Assembly: GCA_050014695.1 (NCBI GenBank)
Contig: JBEKCV010000003.1
Coordinates: 13,727 to 77,726 of the forward strand
Length of the DNA: 64,000 nt
Direction of reading: 5' to 3'
Source: Thermodesulfovibrionales bacterium
Lineage (GTDB): Bacteria; Nitrospirota; Thermodesulfovibrionia; Thermodesulfovibrionales; UBA9159
Shown here: positions 27,791-39,973 of the stretch, piece by piece
Layout: every line of letters begins with the position of its first letter
Position numbering within the stretch: the stretch's first letter is position 1
Notes under the pieces: generated by a model
Databases searched by the model: none
The model's input: only the letters and a program-made list of their open reading frames with translations
Told to the model about the DNA's origin: nothing
Position numbers and translations under genes: made by a program

Positions 27791-28379
27791 TGAGGTTTCC
27801 GCCTGTCAGGACCAGCAGGATTTCCAGCCTTGCCTATTGGTCACTGTTGATGCACGGGGGAGTGAACGCCACAGCCGTTCTTCCACCTGGCTGCACAGGC
27901 GGGTGATGTGGCGTTCGAGGATGCTACCCGGTCGCGAGCGTACTGTTCGAGCAAGTGATCATCCGGTTGGTGAGACACAAAGTGCTGCTGCTCGGTTTCG
28001 GTGCCGGTCCGACAAAGGGCATACAGCCAGAGGATCAGCGGAAGAAGTAACGCACTGTGCCAAGCTGGACGGCGAGACCGAGCCGATTATGTTAGCCGAC
28101 CTTCTGCGCAGCGCATGGTCGGCATCGTCCAAGTGGACCTAACGGACGAGGTCATGGGGTGACTTTGCGGGCGATAAGGTATCATGTGGAAACGACATGC
28201 CTATTGTTTTCAAACCGATATCACCAAAGGACCTTCTTAAGAAGGTTCGAAGTGTACTGAATAACTGAATATAGGCAACATTAAAAGTCCGTATAAAACT
28301 ATTGCTGGCCGACAACCCCCGGCATGCAAAGAAGGCAAAGGGTATTTATTCCGTTCCTGGTAGCACAGATATCAGATTA

Positions 28380-29699
28380 TTACGCATCCGCAGAGGTCTG
28401 TTCGCCCTGTCCGGTCGCTTTTTTCAGAGGTTTGAGGAGGCGAAAAAACGCAAGTCCGGCCGTGAAGGACAGCGCGAACATCAGCAGGAAGAAATGTTCC
28501 TTGGACATTTTCTCCCAAAACGTTCCAAGATAGCCCGACAGATAGTTGCCGAAAAAGCTCGATAGGAACCAGACGCCCATCATCATGGAGACTATTCGGG
28601 CAGGAGCTAATTTGGTCACCAAGGAGAGGCCGATCGGTGAAAAATGGATCTCGCCGATCGTGAGCACGAACGAGCAGCCCGCAAGCCACCAGAGGCTAGC
28701 TCTGGGGTTGATCGCCAGTTCTCGGGCCGGCGGAATCAGGATCAGGAAGGCTGTGGCAAGCAGAATGCAGCCGGTTCCCATCTTGGCGATGCTCGAAGGT
28801 TCTTTTCCGCGGCGATCCCGCCGTTCCCAGAAGATGTTCAGCAGCGGAACGAACATGAAGATCATGAGCGGGTTGAAAGATTGGAACCACGAGGCTGGCA
28901 TCTCCCAGCCGAAGATCATCCGATCCGTATGGGTGTCGGCCCAGAGCGCCATCGTGTTGCCCTGCTGCTCGTAAACGCTCCAGAAAACGATGCTCAGAGC
29001 CATCATAACGAAAATCGCGCCGATCTTTAGGCAGTCCTGACGCGTCATCCGCTCCGAAGACGTCCTCTGGTTGAATCCTTTTTTCTGCATGATCAGATCG
29101 GGAGCGAGGTGCTTCTGGCCCCAGAGATACACGAGAAGCCCGACTACCATGCCGACGCCCGCGGCGGCAAAGCCCCAGTGGAACCCGATTTTCTCGCCTA
29201 GGGTCCCGCACACGAGCGGTGAAAAGAAGGCCCCGAGGTTGATTCCCATATAGAAGACACTGAATGCGCGGTCGCGGCGATGGTCGCCCTGAGGGTACAG
29301 CGCCCCTACCTGTGTCGAGATATTAGGCTTGAAGGCACCGTTTCCGAGGATCAGGAAGATCAGCGCAGGGAAGAACATGCCTTCAACGGCCATCAGGAAG
29401 TGTCCGATAGCCATGAGCACGGCTCCCAGGATGACGGTTCGCCGCTGCCCGAGAAGCCGGTCCGCAAGCATGCCGCCGAAGAGCGGGGTGAAGTAGACAA
29501 ATCCGGTATAGAGCCCGTAAATCTCCGACGACCGTTCCTGCGTAAACTGCAGGTGCTTGATCATGTAGTAAACCAGCAGTGACCGCATTCCGTAATAGGA
29601 AAACCGCTCCCACATTTCCGTAAAAAAGAGCACATATAGGCCGGCGGGATGTCTTGGGCTTCCGGTTCCCTTTGTGGTGACGGCAATCGCGTCGCGCAT
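28380..29699 (-). CDS. proton-dependent oligopeptide transporter (POT/PTR, MFS)
   Basis: EMWERFSYYGMR, GAFKPNIS, FYMGINLG, WFQSFNP. Confidence 0.95.
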   Translation of the reverse strand: MRDAIAVTTKGTGSPRHPAGLYVLFFTEMWERFSYYGMRSLLVYYMIKHLQFTQERSSEIYGLYTGFVYFTPLFGGMLADRLLGQRRTVILGAVLMAIGHFLMAVEGMFFPALIFLILGNGAFKPNISTQVGALYPQGDHRRDRAFSVFYMGINLGAFFSPLVCGTLGEKIGFHWGFAAAGVGMVVGLLVYLWGQKHLAPDLIMQKKGFNQRTSSERMTRQDCLKIGAIFVMMALSIVFWSVYEQQGNTMALWADTHTDRMIFGWEMPASWFQSFNPLMIFMFVPLLNIFWERRDRRGKEPSSIAKMGTGCILLATAFLILIPPARELAINPRASLWWLAGCSFVLTIGEIHFSPIGLSLVTKLAPARIVSMMMGVWFLSSFFGNYLSGYLGTFWEKMSKEHFFLLMFALSFTAGLAFFRLLKPLKKATGQGEQTSADA

Positions 29700-29948
29700 C
29701 TATTTTCCCCCGAAATCCTTCTTTCGGCTATTCCCTCAAGCCTTCAGCCACAAAACGAGATTCATCAACAAGCGAACTGATTTACAATTGTGGAAGCACT
29801 GTGCACCACAAAGGGCGAGATATTGACCTCGCCCCTCTGACTTCTGAGTTCCTTTTTTCTTTCGGATCACTTCACCTTTTCGATATCCAGCAACCTCCAT
29901 CTCTTGTCCAAGATCGCCTTCTCAATGCTGTACTTATGGAGTCGCGCC

Positions 29949-30489
29949 TCAGTTCAGATTGGAATCCTTGGAGTACTTGGCACCCGTAATGCTGACTCCG
30001 ACGATAGCACCTTCTTCAGTGAGCTGATACATATGTACGCCTTCTGACACTGTTACAGCCCCTGCAAGCGCACCGCCCTCGGTCTTGGTCTTGGCCGCCG
30101 CCATCGCATTGGCCCCGAACTCCCAGCCGGAAGTCACGAACTTATTGAATGCGTCGGATGTATCAAAGACGAACACGACACGGAACTTCTCGGCCCCCAA
30201 ACCTATCCCGGGCTGCAGTTCCACCATCTTCATAAAGGTCTCCTGCTTGGTAGCGTTGTTTACAGCGATACCAGCGCCCTTTTCCCCACCCATTAACAGA
30301 AGCTTAAAGCCGGAGTCGCTGAAAACCGCATAGCCAGCCGAATTCGCGATTGCATCTTGCGCAGCAGGGTTCGCGTTGTAGAGGCGTCTGATTCGACATA
30401 TCGCGAACAGACGCCTGCTTCTCCATTTTCTCGGACTACGACATGGGAGCCGACGCACAGGCCGAAATACCCAGGCACAATACCGCCAT
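29949..30489 (-). pseudogene. YSC84/SYLF-like lipoprotein, degraded
   Basis: Lipobox ISAC, in-frame TAG and frameshift, then AGYAVFS..GAGIAV..GLGAEKFRVVFVF. Confidence 0.7.
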
Positions 30490-30865
30490 GCCTGTTAACA
30501 TTGCCATGTGCATTCTTTTTTCTCTAATTGTCTTTTCCTCCTTTGTTTCTCTTTTTTTATTCTGATTTCTTCCATTGTCTTGCCCGAATGTTTTTTAAAT
30601 TTGACGTCACTCGGCGAACTTCTTGCGCTGATTTTTGAATTGCCATAACGGCACGGCTGCGAGGATGAAAACCCAGCGCTCCTCATACAACGCTTTTGTT
30701 TTCACCAACACCAATACACTCAATCGTAAACGTTTCATCCCAGAAACTATCGCCGTGTGAAGTACAACTGCCGGCTACAAGGCAACGCGGGAAAGCCCCA
30801 AGCCGACCTTACGGCTGCGGGGGCGGTTCTTGCGAGCCGCCCCCGGTGAAGGTAATTCTTTTACT

Positions 30866-32524
<1,659 letters not shown>

Positions 32525-33005
32525 GGTCTCCTCCTTTTAAAAGATGCTCTCCACGGCAAAGCCGTGGCATAAATGTCCTCCGAGCATTTGATTCGGAGCA
32601 TTGCATTCATTCTATTTTTATGCGCTCAACCTCTTTTTCGAGCGGCATTGCCGGAATTTCAGGCTGAGATTACGTTCTTTTCACGACAATCGTTCCTTAC
32701 CAAAATGCTATCACAGAGTTCTCACTTGTCAATCGATAGCAAGGGAATATCCGCCGGAGCCGTGGATGAACGTGTTACAGCCAGACTGATCCTTTCGGTT
32801 TGAAAGATGTCATTTTGAGTGAGAGATCGTCGGCGTTGGGTATAGGGAGAAGCAAAGGTCGGTACCGATTGTTCAAAAGTGTTGTGTAGCAGTAGAAAGA
32901 AACAACTTCAAAGCAAAACCATAAAGTTCAAACAGTTGCGATCTGCAATCACCCGTTGACGAAATCGAACGCTTCTTGTTCTTTCTTCGCCTTCCATTTT
33001 GTTCG

Positions 33006-33138
33006 TTAATAACGTGCCGATATTAGTCTTATTTCTTTGAACGTCTTAAAATCCTCGACATTTAAAGTGAAGAGAATTGAGACGCCATTTGCAATCATTG
33101 TCGCGGCTATATTGGCATCATGAATCCTCTTTCCCTTC
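33006..33138 (-). pseudogene. C-terminal remnant of PIN/VapC toxin
   Basis: KGKRIHDANIAATMIANGVSILFTLNVEDFKTF. Confidence 0.7.
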
Positions 33139-33368
33139 ATAATCTCCTTGAGCCTGTCATCAAAAAGCCCCGTCAATATCCTCTTTCTATATTTGACACA
33201 CTTAACCAGGTGAAACTGAAGAGCATATACTGAATGGCAACCCTTATCTAACTCGTATTCTCTGCTATTATAGTAGCAGAGGAACCGAGTGTGCGCAGCT
33301 GCAAAATGCACGGCAGGCAATTCATCCCCTACCTTTCATGCAAGCATGGCGGAAGGGGATTTTTGCCC
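33139..33368 (-). mobile_element. IS200/IS605 end hairpin plus TnpA N-terminal remnant
   Basis: YELDKGCHSVYALQFHLVKCVKYRKRILTGLFDDRLKEI; ATCCCCT..AGGGGAT hairpin near 33325-33361. Confidence 0.75.
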
Positions 33369-33394
33369 TAAGATGTAAAAAAACCAACAGAGAC

Positions 33395-33476
33395 GCAGAA
33401 CACATCAATCAAGGCGATGGGGAATTTGTTGTTTCAAAAAGCTCGTTGCCCTCTCGCCTTATTGCCGTAGTTATGT
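33395..33476 (+). other. integron attC site
   Basis: R'' GCAGAAC, 5-bp spacer, L'' AATCAAGGCGA, L' TCGCCTTATT, 6-bp spacer, R' GTTATGT; one extra C in L''. Confidence 0.75.
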
Positions 33477-33488
33477 GAGGAGATAATA

Positions 33489-33890
33489 ATGAAACTATCA
33501 ATGCTGTTGCTGGTTCTACTTCTTATTCCTTCTATGGTACGGGCAAAAGATATCCAGCTATTTAATCCTGATATATTGGGTCAGCCCACTTCGAATGAGA
33601 TTAAACTTCTTCGAAATAAAGAAACAGATGAAGTTGAGCCATTTACAACATTACTAAATATTAGAAATGGGGTATATATCGCTGCAACTATAATGTATCC
33701 GTCGGAAGTCACGTTTCAAGAAGCAAGAGATTCATTAAACAGGATTTACAAGAATTACGAGCAGCTACCACTGCTCAGAGATCATGAAATGGCAGTCTGG
33801 AGGATTGAAAATAGGAAATATGCAGTAGATCTGATACAACAGGAAGACAAAATTAGAATTATGTATATTCAATTTCAGTCCAAGGAATAG
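33489..33890 (+). CDS. exported hypothetical protein (integron cassette ORF)
   Basis: AT-rich, signal peptide, starts 12 nt after the attC R' box; followed by ACATAAC at 33954. Confidence 0.7.
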   Translation: MKLSMLLLVLLLIPSMVRAKDIQLFNPDILGQPTSNEIKLLRNKETDEVEPFTTLLNIRNGVYIAATIMYPSEVTFQEARDSLNRIYKNYEQLPLLRDHEMAVWRIENRKYAVDLIQQEDKIRIMYIQFQSKE

Positions 33891-34413
33891 ATCAAGAATA
33901 TTCTCAAATCAACGGGAGCTGATCTAGACAACTGTGGGAAAAAATAGGACGCCACATAACAATGCTATGGATACCGACGCCGATTAACCGTGGCACGTTT
34001 TCAGTTCGCCCCTTGTGGCCTGGCAGCTCATGGTCCCTCAGAATGCATGTTCTCGCCAGATTCCTTCCTGTACCTGACACCTGCAACCGTCCTGTCAGAG
34101 CTGAAGGTTTTCAAGAGTAAATCAGTGGAATTATAACTTCCTGTCTCCATTCCTTAAGTAGTTACCAATATCCAGGAGTAAAGGGCACGTGCCTGATAAG
34201 CATTTTCCTCAACAGTTAGTCCATCAGCTAATAGCAAATGGTGAAATAGCATCTTTTCACGTTCCGAGGTTCTTTCAGCCCTGCCCGTGTCAACAGTGTG
34301 CGATATTTCGATGGCTGTTTCTCGAATACTTTCCCGTGTAACCTTTCACTTGATCTTAGCGTCTATTAAATTGAAGGGGGTAACAATGTAAAACAAACGG
34401 AAGTGGAGGATTT

Positions 34414-34887
34414 ATGAGAAAGATTGTTGTGACAGTTATCGTTATAAGCCTTCTATCCTTAACATCCGTAGCACCAGTGTTTGCCGGCGGATGGAGAGGA
34501 GGATACTACCATGGAAGAGGCGGTGGATTCAATCCTTTGTGGCCAATCACCGTTGCTCTCGCTATTCCTGCGGCCATTATTGGAACCGTAGTCAATCTTG
34601 CAGCCACAGTACCAGCGCCATACGGTTATGCTCCACCTCAGGCACCTGAAACATACTATGCTCCTGGACCATACTATGCCCCGAGAGCATATGTAGCACC
34701 GGCGGGGTATTATGCCCCGAGAGCATATGTAGCGCCGGCGGGGTATTATGCCCCGAGAGCATATGCAGCACCGGCGGGATATTATGCCCCGAGAGCATAT
34801 GCAGCACCGGCGGGATACTATGCCCCGAGAGCATATGCAGCACCGGCGGGATACTATGCCCCGAGAGGGTACTATCCTGTGAGATAA
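34414..34887 (+). CDS. Tyr/Pro/Ala-rich repeat protein with signal peptide and hydrophobic segment
   Basis: GGAGG RBS; (YYAPRAY[V/A]APAG) repeats. Confidence 0.8.
   Translation: MRKIVVTVIVISLLSLTSVAPVFAGGWRGGYYHGRGGGFNPLWPITVALAIPAAIIGTVVNLAATVPAPYGYAPPQAPETYYAPGPYYAPRAYVAPAGYYAPRAYVAPAGYYAPRAYAAPAGYYAPRAYAAPAGYYAPRAYAAPAGYYAPRGYYPVR
34672..34867 (+). repeat. coding tandem repeat, 36-bp unit, ~5.4 copies
   Basis: TAYTATGCCCCGAGAGCATATGYAGCRCCGGCGGGR repeated without spacers. Confidence 0.95.
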
Positions 34888-35049
34888 TTGGCCTTTATGC
34901 AAGCCCCGTCCGTGAGGGCGGGGTGAGTGGTGGCATGCGGTCGATATAAACAGTAAACCAAGTACCAGGTAATCTCTTGAAGAAGGTAAATTTCTGTCAG
35001 GCAACTCAAGCGGAGTCGCCGTTAAGACCCTTTTGGGGGTTGGTACGAA

Positions 35050-35271
35050 TTATTTCACGAGCCTCATCTGCTCACCACAACAGATAATGTCACAGAAATC
35101 AGCACAACCGCAAGGTTCATCGACCGTTAGGGTTAGACCGCATGCACCACATTCATATTGACTGCCCGTCTTCAGCTCTTTCTGCTTTTTTGGGGAAGCC
35201 TTTTTTGCAGTCTTCTTCATTTTGGACACCTTTGTGATCTTCGAAATGTTTACTTTTCTTTTCGCTACCAT
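35050..35271 (-). CDS. small basic Cys-rich (zinc-ribbon-like) protein
   Basis: YECGACG..CGC..C.IICCGEQM. Confidence 0.7.
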   Translation of the reverse strand: MVAKRKVNISKITKVSKMKKTAKKASPKKQKELKTGSQYECGACGLTLTVDEPCGCADFCDIICCGEQMRLVK

Positions 35272-35358
35272 CGTTCCTCCCTGAAATAACATTAATCAAT
35301 CTTAGCATACTTTATCACTCATCGGTCAAGATGATCTGTAAGAGATTCTGTAAGCTCA

Positions 35359-37173
35359 TCATTTGAACTTCCCCAGACTTCGGGCCAACATCGTAGTCTC
35401 TTGCAAGAGATTTTCAACCTCGTTCAGACCTTGAGACCAGAAACCTTTATCTGTGATGTCCACGCCGAGTTCTCTGAAAATGTTCTTTGGCGACTCTGAC
35501 AGTCCTGCGGACAATAATTTCTTGACCTTCTCGATAAATGGAGGATTTTCCTTGACCCGGTTTTGAAGAAATTTGGAGATCAAAAGTCCGCTTGCATAGG
35601 AATAGACATAAAAAAAGTAACGGATATGTCCCCAGTACACCCACCAGTTTTCTGATCCCGGAGATTGTTCAACAGCCTTTCCCATATACGCCGCCATATG
35701 TTTCTGAAATAAGTTTCCGATTTGCTCTTTTGACAGATAGCCTTTTTGCCTGTATGCTTGATGAATTTCCTGTTCAAATCGATAGCAGGCGACTTGCCTG
35801 AAGATGGTCGCGACATCATCGTTCAGTTTATTCACCATAATGGCAAGCCTCGATTCGTCATCAGCCTCTTTTAGGAGTTCCTGAAACACAAAGTCTTCCA
35901 TGAACGTGCTGGCTACTTCAGCGGTCGAAAGAGGGGCTCCAAAGTTCAGGGCGTTTTGTTTCTCTCTCATTAACTCATTGTTTATTCCGTGACCAAGTTC
36001 ATGGGCCAAGGTCAAAACATCATGCAATTTACCGGTGTGATTGAGCAGGATGTACGTCGGCTGAGAAATGAGATGATGCATGCAGAAGGCACCGCTCGCC
36101 TTTCCTCTTCTTGGATACACATCGAATTGGCCGTTCTCCCTGAATCTTGTAAGGATATCGGTAAACGTGGTATCAAGTTTCTTAAAAACCCTTTCTATGA
36201 GTTTGATGGATTTACCGTAAGGGTAACTCTTCTCGATGTGTCCGTATTCGACATTCCTCTCATGGTATTGTAATTTTCTCACCCCCATGAGTTTTGCCTT
36301 CAGCGCATAGAATTGGGATGGAATGGAAAACCTTTCAAACACAGCGATGATAAGGGCGTCAACAATTTCACTATCGATATCGTCACTGATATGTCTACTC
36401 AGGTCCGGCCTCGGCATTTTGCGAAGCTCATCGTCAATCATTTTGTTGGCCAGGATTGCATTAATTTCTGCTTCAGCAACCTCGACCTGCTTGCCCAGTA
36501 TATCATTGAATGCCCCTGATGCCGAATGCCGCACTATTTTATTTCTGCTATTCATAAGGCTTGCTATCTCCGCAAAGGTCTTGAGTACCTTTTTGCCGTT
36601 CTCTGCAGTCACTTCCCGTTCTTCCTTTGCCAGAAAGCCCGATGTCATCTTTACCCAATTTATGTAGGAGGTTGAGGCTTTAAGATTCAGGATCCGTTCC
36701 TCGGGCTCACTGAGGAGATATCTGGATTCCGCGAATATCCGTTCGAGGAAGTGTCTATACTTCTTCAGCGCCTTGTATTCAAGGAATCGTTTCTGCTTTT
36801 TCTGCGGTATCGTGCCTATTTTCAAATAAAAAAACTGGATCTCATTCTGAATTCTCCGACTGAAATCCTCAATCTTGTTAAATCTTGCCTTGAGGGTTGG
36901 ATCATTCTGATCCTGCTGTGTCCTGAGCATGAAATAGTATCCCTCGTCCCCGTCGGTGCCGCAACGTCTAGTCCACGCTTCATATTCGTCCAGTGCCTGT
37001 TTAAGTACCTCTGGGTCTTCGAGATAGTCTTTCCGCGGTTTCCATTTGTTGATAAATGCATAACTCTCCTGTTCGACAAGCTTGCGTTTGTCTTCCATCC
37101 GAGGATCGTTGTCACCTTGAAACAGGTTGGTAAGATTCCATGAGGCAGCGCTCATTTTTTTTGATATTGCCAT
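35359..37173 (-). CDS. pepF: oligoendopeptidase F (M3B)
   Basis: WNL start, GKASGAF, TLAHELGH, AEVAS, YVYSYA. Confidence 0.9.
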   Translation of the reverse strand: MAISKKMSAASWNLTNLFQGDNDPRMEDKRKLVEQESYAFINKWKPRKDYLEDPEVLKQALDEYEAWTRRCGTDGDEGYYFMLRTQQDQNDPTLKARFNKIEDFSRRIQNEIQFFYLKIGTIPQKKQKRFLEYKALKKYRHFLERIFAESRYLLSEPEERILNLKASTSYINWVKMTSGFLAKEEREVTAENGKKVLKTFAEIASLMNSRNKIVRHSASGAFNDILGKQVEVAEAEINAILANKMIDDELRKMPRPDLSRHISDDIDSEIVDALIIAVFERFSIPSQFYALKAKLMGVRKLQYHERNVEYGHIEKSYPYGKSIKLIERVFKKLDTTFTDILTRFRENGQFDVYPRRGKASGAFCMHHLISQPTYILLNHTGKLHDVLTLAHELGHGINNELMREKQNALNFGAPLSTAEVASTFMEDFVFQELLKEADDESRLAIMVNKLNDDVATIFRQVACYRFEQEIHQAYRQKGYLSKEQIGNLFQKHMAAYMGKAVEQSPGSENWWVYWGHIRYFFYVYSYASGLLISKFLQNRVKENPPFIEKVKKLLSAGLSESPKNIFRELGVDITDKGFWSQGLNEVENLLQETTMLARSLGKFK

Positions 37174-37224
37174 TGCCAGTTATTCCTCTCCTGACCAATC
37201 AGCGGCCATTGAGATTTGTTTCAT

Positions 37225-38088
37225 CTATTTTTCCTCCCGGCGAAACTGTTGAGAACAAGGGCTTTCATCTGCAAACCCAGAGATGGCGTTGCGCATGACA
37301 TCAACAGGCGGTTTTATTCCTGTCCATATCTCGAATGCAAACACGCCCTGATGAAGGAGCATGCCGAGACCGTTAAGGGTCTTGCATCCCTTCTTTGACG
37401 CAGCCCGGAGCAAAGGAGTCTCTTTATAAATGAGGTCGCAGACCGTCATCTTCTCCGTGAGAAGAGAAACATTGATAGGGGAACTGTCGCTCATTTTCAG
37501 GCCGAGGGGAGTCGCGTTGATTACCATATCGACGCCCTCGAGGGTATCCAGAGCCTTTCTGCGGCTTACGTTGGCCCGAATCAGGCTCAGGTCGTTCACC
37601 AGTTTCTCAACCTTAACTGCATCTATGTCGAATATCTGGAGTTTTGAGGCTTTTTCGCTCAGGTAATAGCTTACAGCTCTGCACGCGCCTCCGGCGCCAA
37701 TTATCAGGACGGCTCTTCCGTCTATTTCAATGCTCGCCTCGGTCAAAGACTCCATGAACCCCCTGCCGTCGGTATTGTATCCGATCAGCTGGCCCGCAGA
37801 GTTTTGAATCGTATTGACAGCTCCTATGAAGGCGGCCTCTTCATTAACCGCATCGAGGAACCGAAGCACGTTTTCCTTGTGTGGAACGGTGACATTTATC
37901 CCTTTCAGGTCAAGTGCCCGTATTGCCGTTACCGCATCCCCTAAAAGGTCAGGCCTCACCGGAAACGTCACATAGCAGTAATCCAAGCCAAGATATGCAA
38001 ACGCAGCATTATGCATTAGAGGAGATAAACTGTGCTCCACCGGAAAGCCAAAGAGGCCTGTAATCTTTGTTGTACCGTGTATCTTCAT
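37225..38088 (-). CDS. aroE: shikimate dehydrogenase
   Basis: HSLSPLMHN, NVTVPHK, GAVNT, NTDG, GAGGA. Confidence 0.95.
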   Translation of the reverse strand: MKIHGTTKITGLFGFPVEHSLSPLMHNAAFAYLGLDYCYVTFPVRPDLLGDAVTAIRALDLKGINVTVPHKENVLRFLDAVNEEAAFIGAVNTIQNSAGQLIGYNTDGRGFMESLTEASIEIDGRAVLIIGAGGACRAVSYYLSEKASKLQIFDIDAVKVEKLVNDLSLIRANVSRRKALDTLEGVDMVINATPLGLKMSDSSPINVSLLTEKMTVCDLIYKETPLLRAASKKGCKTLNGLGMLLHQGVFAFEIWTGIKPPVDVMRNAISGFADESPCSQQFRREEK

Positions 38089-38133
38089 ATAACCTCCGAA
38101 GGGTGTATAACATAGCACGAGATTTCCACAAGG

Positions 38134-39432
38134 TTATGATAGGCTTGTAATCGCATCCACTAATCCTTTGGGAGTGGATTCGATGATCACCACTTTTATG
38201 CCGAGGAGATCCTGTACGTCCTGTCTCGACACATCATCGAGAAAGACTTCATGCCCATCTTTCATAACAACATCGGGTATAAGGAGGATATCATCCTTTG
38301 TTATGTCCTCAGCAAGGGATTTTACGACATCCCTTCCGGTAAGAAGTCCAGCAACCGTAATACTCGTGCCGAAAAAAGTATTTTCGACAGCGATGACTTC
38401 AATAGTAATCCCACTCTTCTTGAGCTTATCAACAAACTTGGAGAGGTACGGATAAAAAGAGGTGCCGGTAAAGGTGATGAACCTCTTTTTCCCTGCAACC
38501 TGAGGCATCTTGATCTTTTTTGACTGATGCATGAACAAGGGCACCATGCCCACACCGTTCTCCACCTGAGGAAGTTCGTCATATTCGACTAGTGGCGGAA
38601 AGGCGATCCCAGCCTCCAAATAAAGCTCATCAGCCGCATAGACGATGGAATCCCCATGTTTCTTTCTAAAACGTTTCTGGAATGCGTCTATGATGGCGAT
38701 TGCCTTCGCCGCGTCCTCCTTTTCGACAGGATTCATTTTCAATCCTGGCTTTCTATGAGCAGTGAGCCCGACGGGAACAACGGCTATGGAGAGAACATAG
38801 GGATACAATTTATAGAGGTCCCTGATAGTTCGTTGGAGATCTTTCCCATCATTATACCCAGGGCATAATACGATTTGGCAGTGCATCCGGATCTTATATT
38901 CCTTGAAGAAACGCAAGTCCTTAAGGATATCCGGCGCTTTCGGGTTACCGAGCAGGCTGTTGCGGATTGCCTTGTTTGTGGAGTGAATGGACAGATAAAG
39001 GGGGCTCAACCGCTGCTCCACAATCCTTTTCTTTTCCTGCGGGGTGAGGCTCGTGAGCGTGACGTAGTTGCCATAGAGAAAAGACATCCTGTAGTCTTCA
39101 TCTTTTACATAGAGGGTTTTCCGTAAACCTTTGGGAAGCTGACTCACAAAACAGAAGAGACATTTGTTCCTGCATATCTTTATCTTGAAGGGCTTTATCT
39201 CTATCCCCGATTCCTGACCTTCTTGTAACAAGAGTTTGAAGGAGAGTCTCTTATCTTTCCTTGTGACGAGAATGTCCAGTTGCTCCTCCTTCCGATAAAA
39301 AAGGAAATCGACTACATCAGCGACCTCATGACCATTAATCGAGAGAATGGTGTCTCCGGCAGTCACGCCGACTGAATGGGCTATACTGCCGGGCAGCACC
39401 CGTTCGATTTCTAAGCCATGATCCTTAAGCAC
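38134..39432 (-). CDS. PDZ + radical SAM DUF512-family protein
   Basis: CRNKCLFC, KDEDYRMSFLYGNYVTLT, ENGVGM. Confidence 0.9.
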   Translation of the reverse strand: MLKDHGLEIERVLPGSIAHSVGVTAGDTILSINGHEVADVVDFLFYRKEEQLDILVTRKDKRLSFKLLLQEGQESGIEIKPFKIKICRNKCLFCFVSQLPKGLRKTLYVKDEDYRMSFLYGNYVTLTSLTPQEKKRIVEQRLSPLYLSIHSTNKAIRNSLLGNPKAPDILKDLRFFKEYKIRMHCQIVLCPGYNDGKDLQRTIRDLYKLYPYVLSIAVVPVGLTAHRKPGLKMNPVEKEDAAKAIAIIDAFQKRFRKKHGDSIVYAADELYLEAGIAFPPLVEYDELPQVENGVGMVPLFMHQSKKIKMPQVAGKKRFITFTGTSFYPYLSKFVDKLKKSGITIEVIAVENTFFGTSITVAGLLTGRDVVKSLAEDITKDDILLIPDVVMKDGHEVFLDDVSRQDVQDLLGIKVVIIESTPKGLVDAITSLS

Positions 39433-39961
39433 CTGTCTGTTTGAGCCCCCGGTATATATAGTGCAATCCTGAAGCTATGGTAAAGATCGCGGTAATCCAT
39501 ATCAGGTACCGTCGCACCTGAGGGAGACCCGGAACATTCAAATCCAACAGTACGTACCATATCAAGATAAGCTGGAGCGCGATGGCGGTCTTTCCGAGTA
39601 TGGTGACCTCAACTTTTGCTTTATGTGTCACAATGTAAAGGACGACCCATCCCGTTATCACGATAATGTCCCTGCTGATCATCGTGATCGTGAGCCACGT
39701 GGGGATCAACTCATAAATGGAGAAAAGAATAAACGATGTCACGAGAAGGAACTTGTCAGCAAGGGGATCGAGGAAGCTTCCAAGGGCAGTCTTCTGGTTT
39801 TTCAGCCGGGCGATCAATCCATCAAAGGTATCAGTAAGCGCGGCGACGGCAAAGAGATACAGGGCATAATCATATTTCTTGTAAATGACTGATGTAACGA
39901 AGAGGGGTATCAAAATTATCCTGGTGATGGTGAGAGTATTGGGGAGATTGAGGGTACCCAA
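39425..39961 (-). CDS. CDP-alcohol phosphatidyltransferase (PgsA-like)
   Basis: NLPNTLT, TDTFDGLIAR..G..LDPLADK. Confidence 0.92.
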   Translation of the reverse strand: MGTLNLPNTLTITRIILIPLFVTSVIYKKYDYALYLFAVAALTDTFDGLIARLKNQKTALGSFLDPLADKFLLVTSFILFSIYELIPTWLTITMISRDIIVITGWVVLYIVTHKAKVEVTILGKTAIALQLILIWYVLLDLNVPGLPQVRRYLIWITAIFTIASGLHYIYRGLKQTGA

Positions 39962-39973
39962 GGAGTTCTCCTC

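Noticed and set aside
30640..30800. Further attC sites here and near 57408-57465 and 59422-59450
   Set aside because: AAC/GTT boxes occur, but without complementary L boxes at the right spacing
33006..33320. TnpA-PIN fusion as a novel functional protein
   Set aside because: Both parts are short fragments lacking most catalytic residues and there is no credible start; it is a deletion junction
34672..34867. 36-bp repeats as a CRISPR array
   Set aside because: Units are contiguous with no unique spacers, are in frame within a protein, and no cas genes are present
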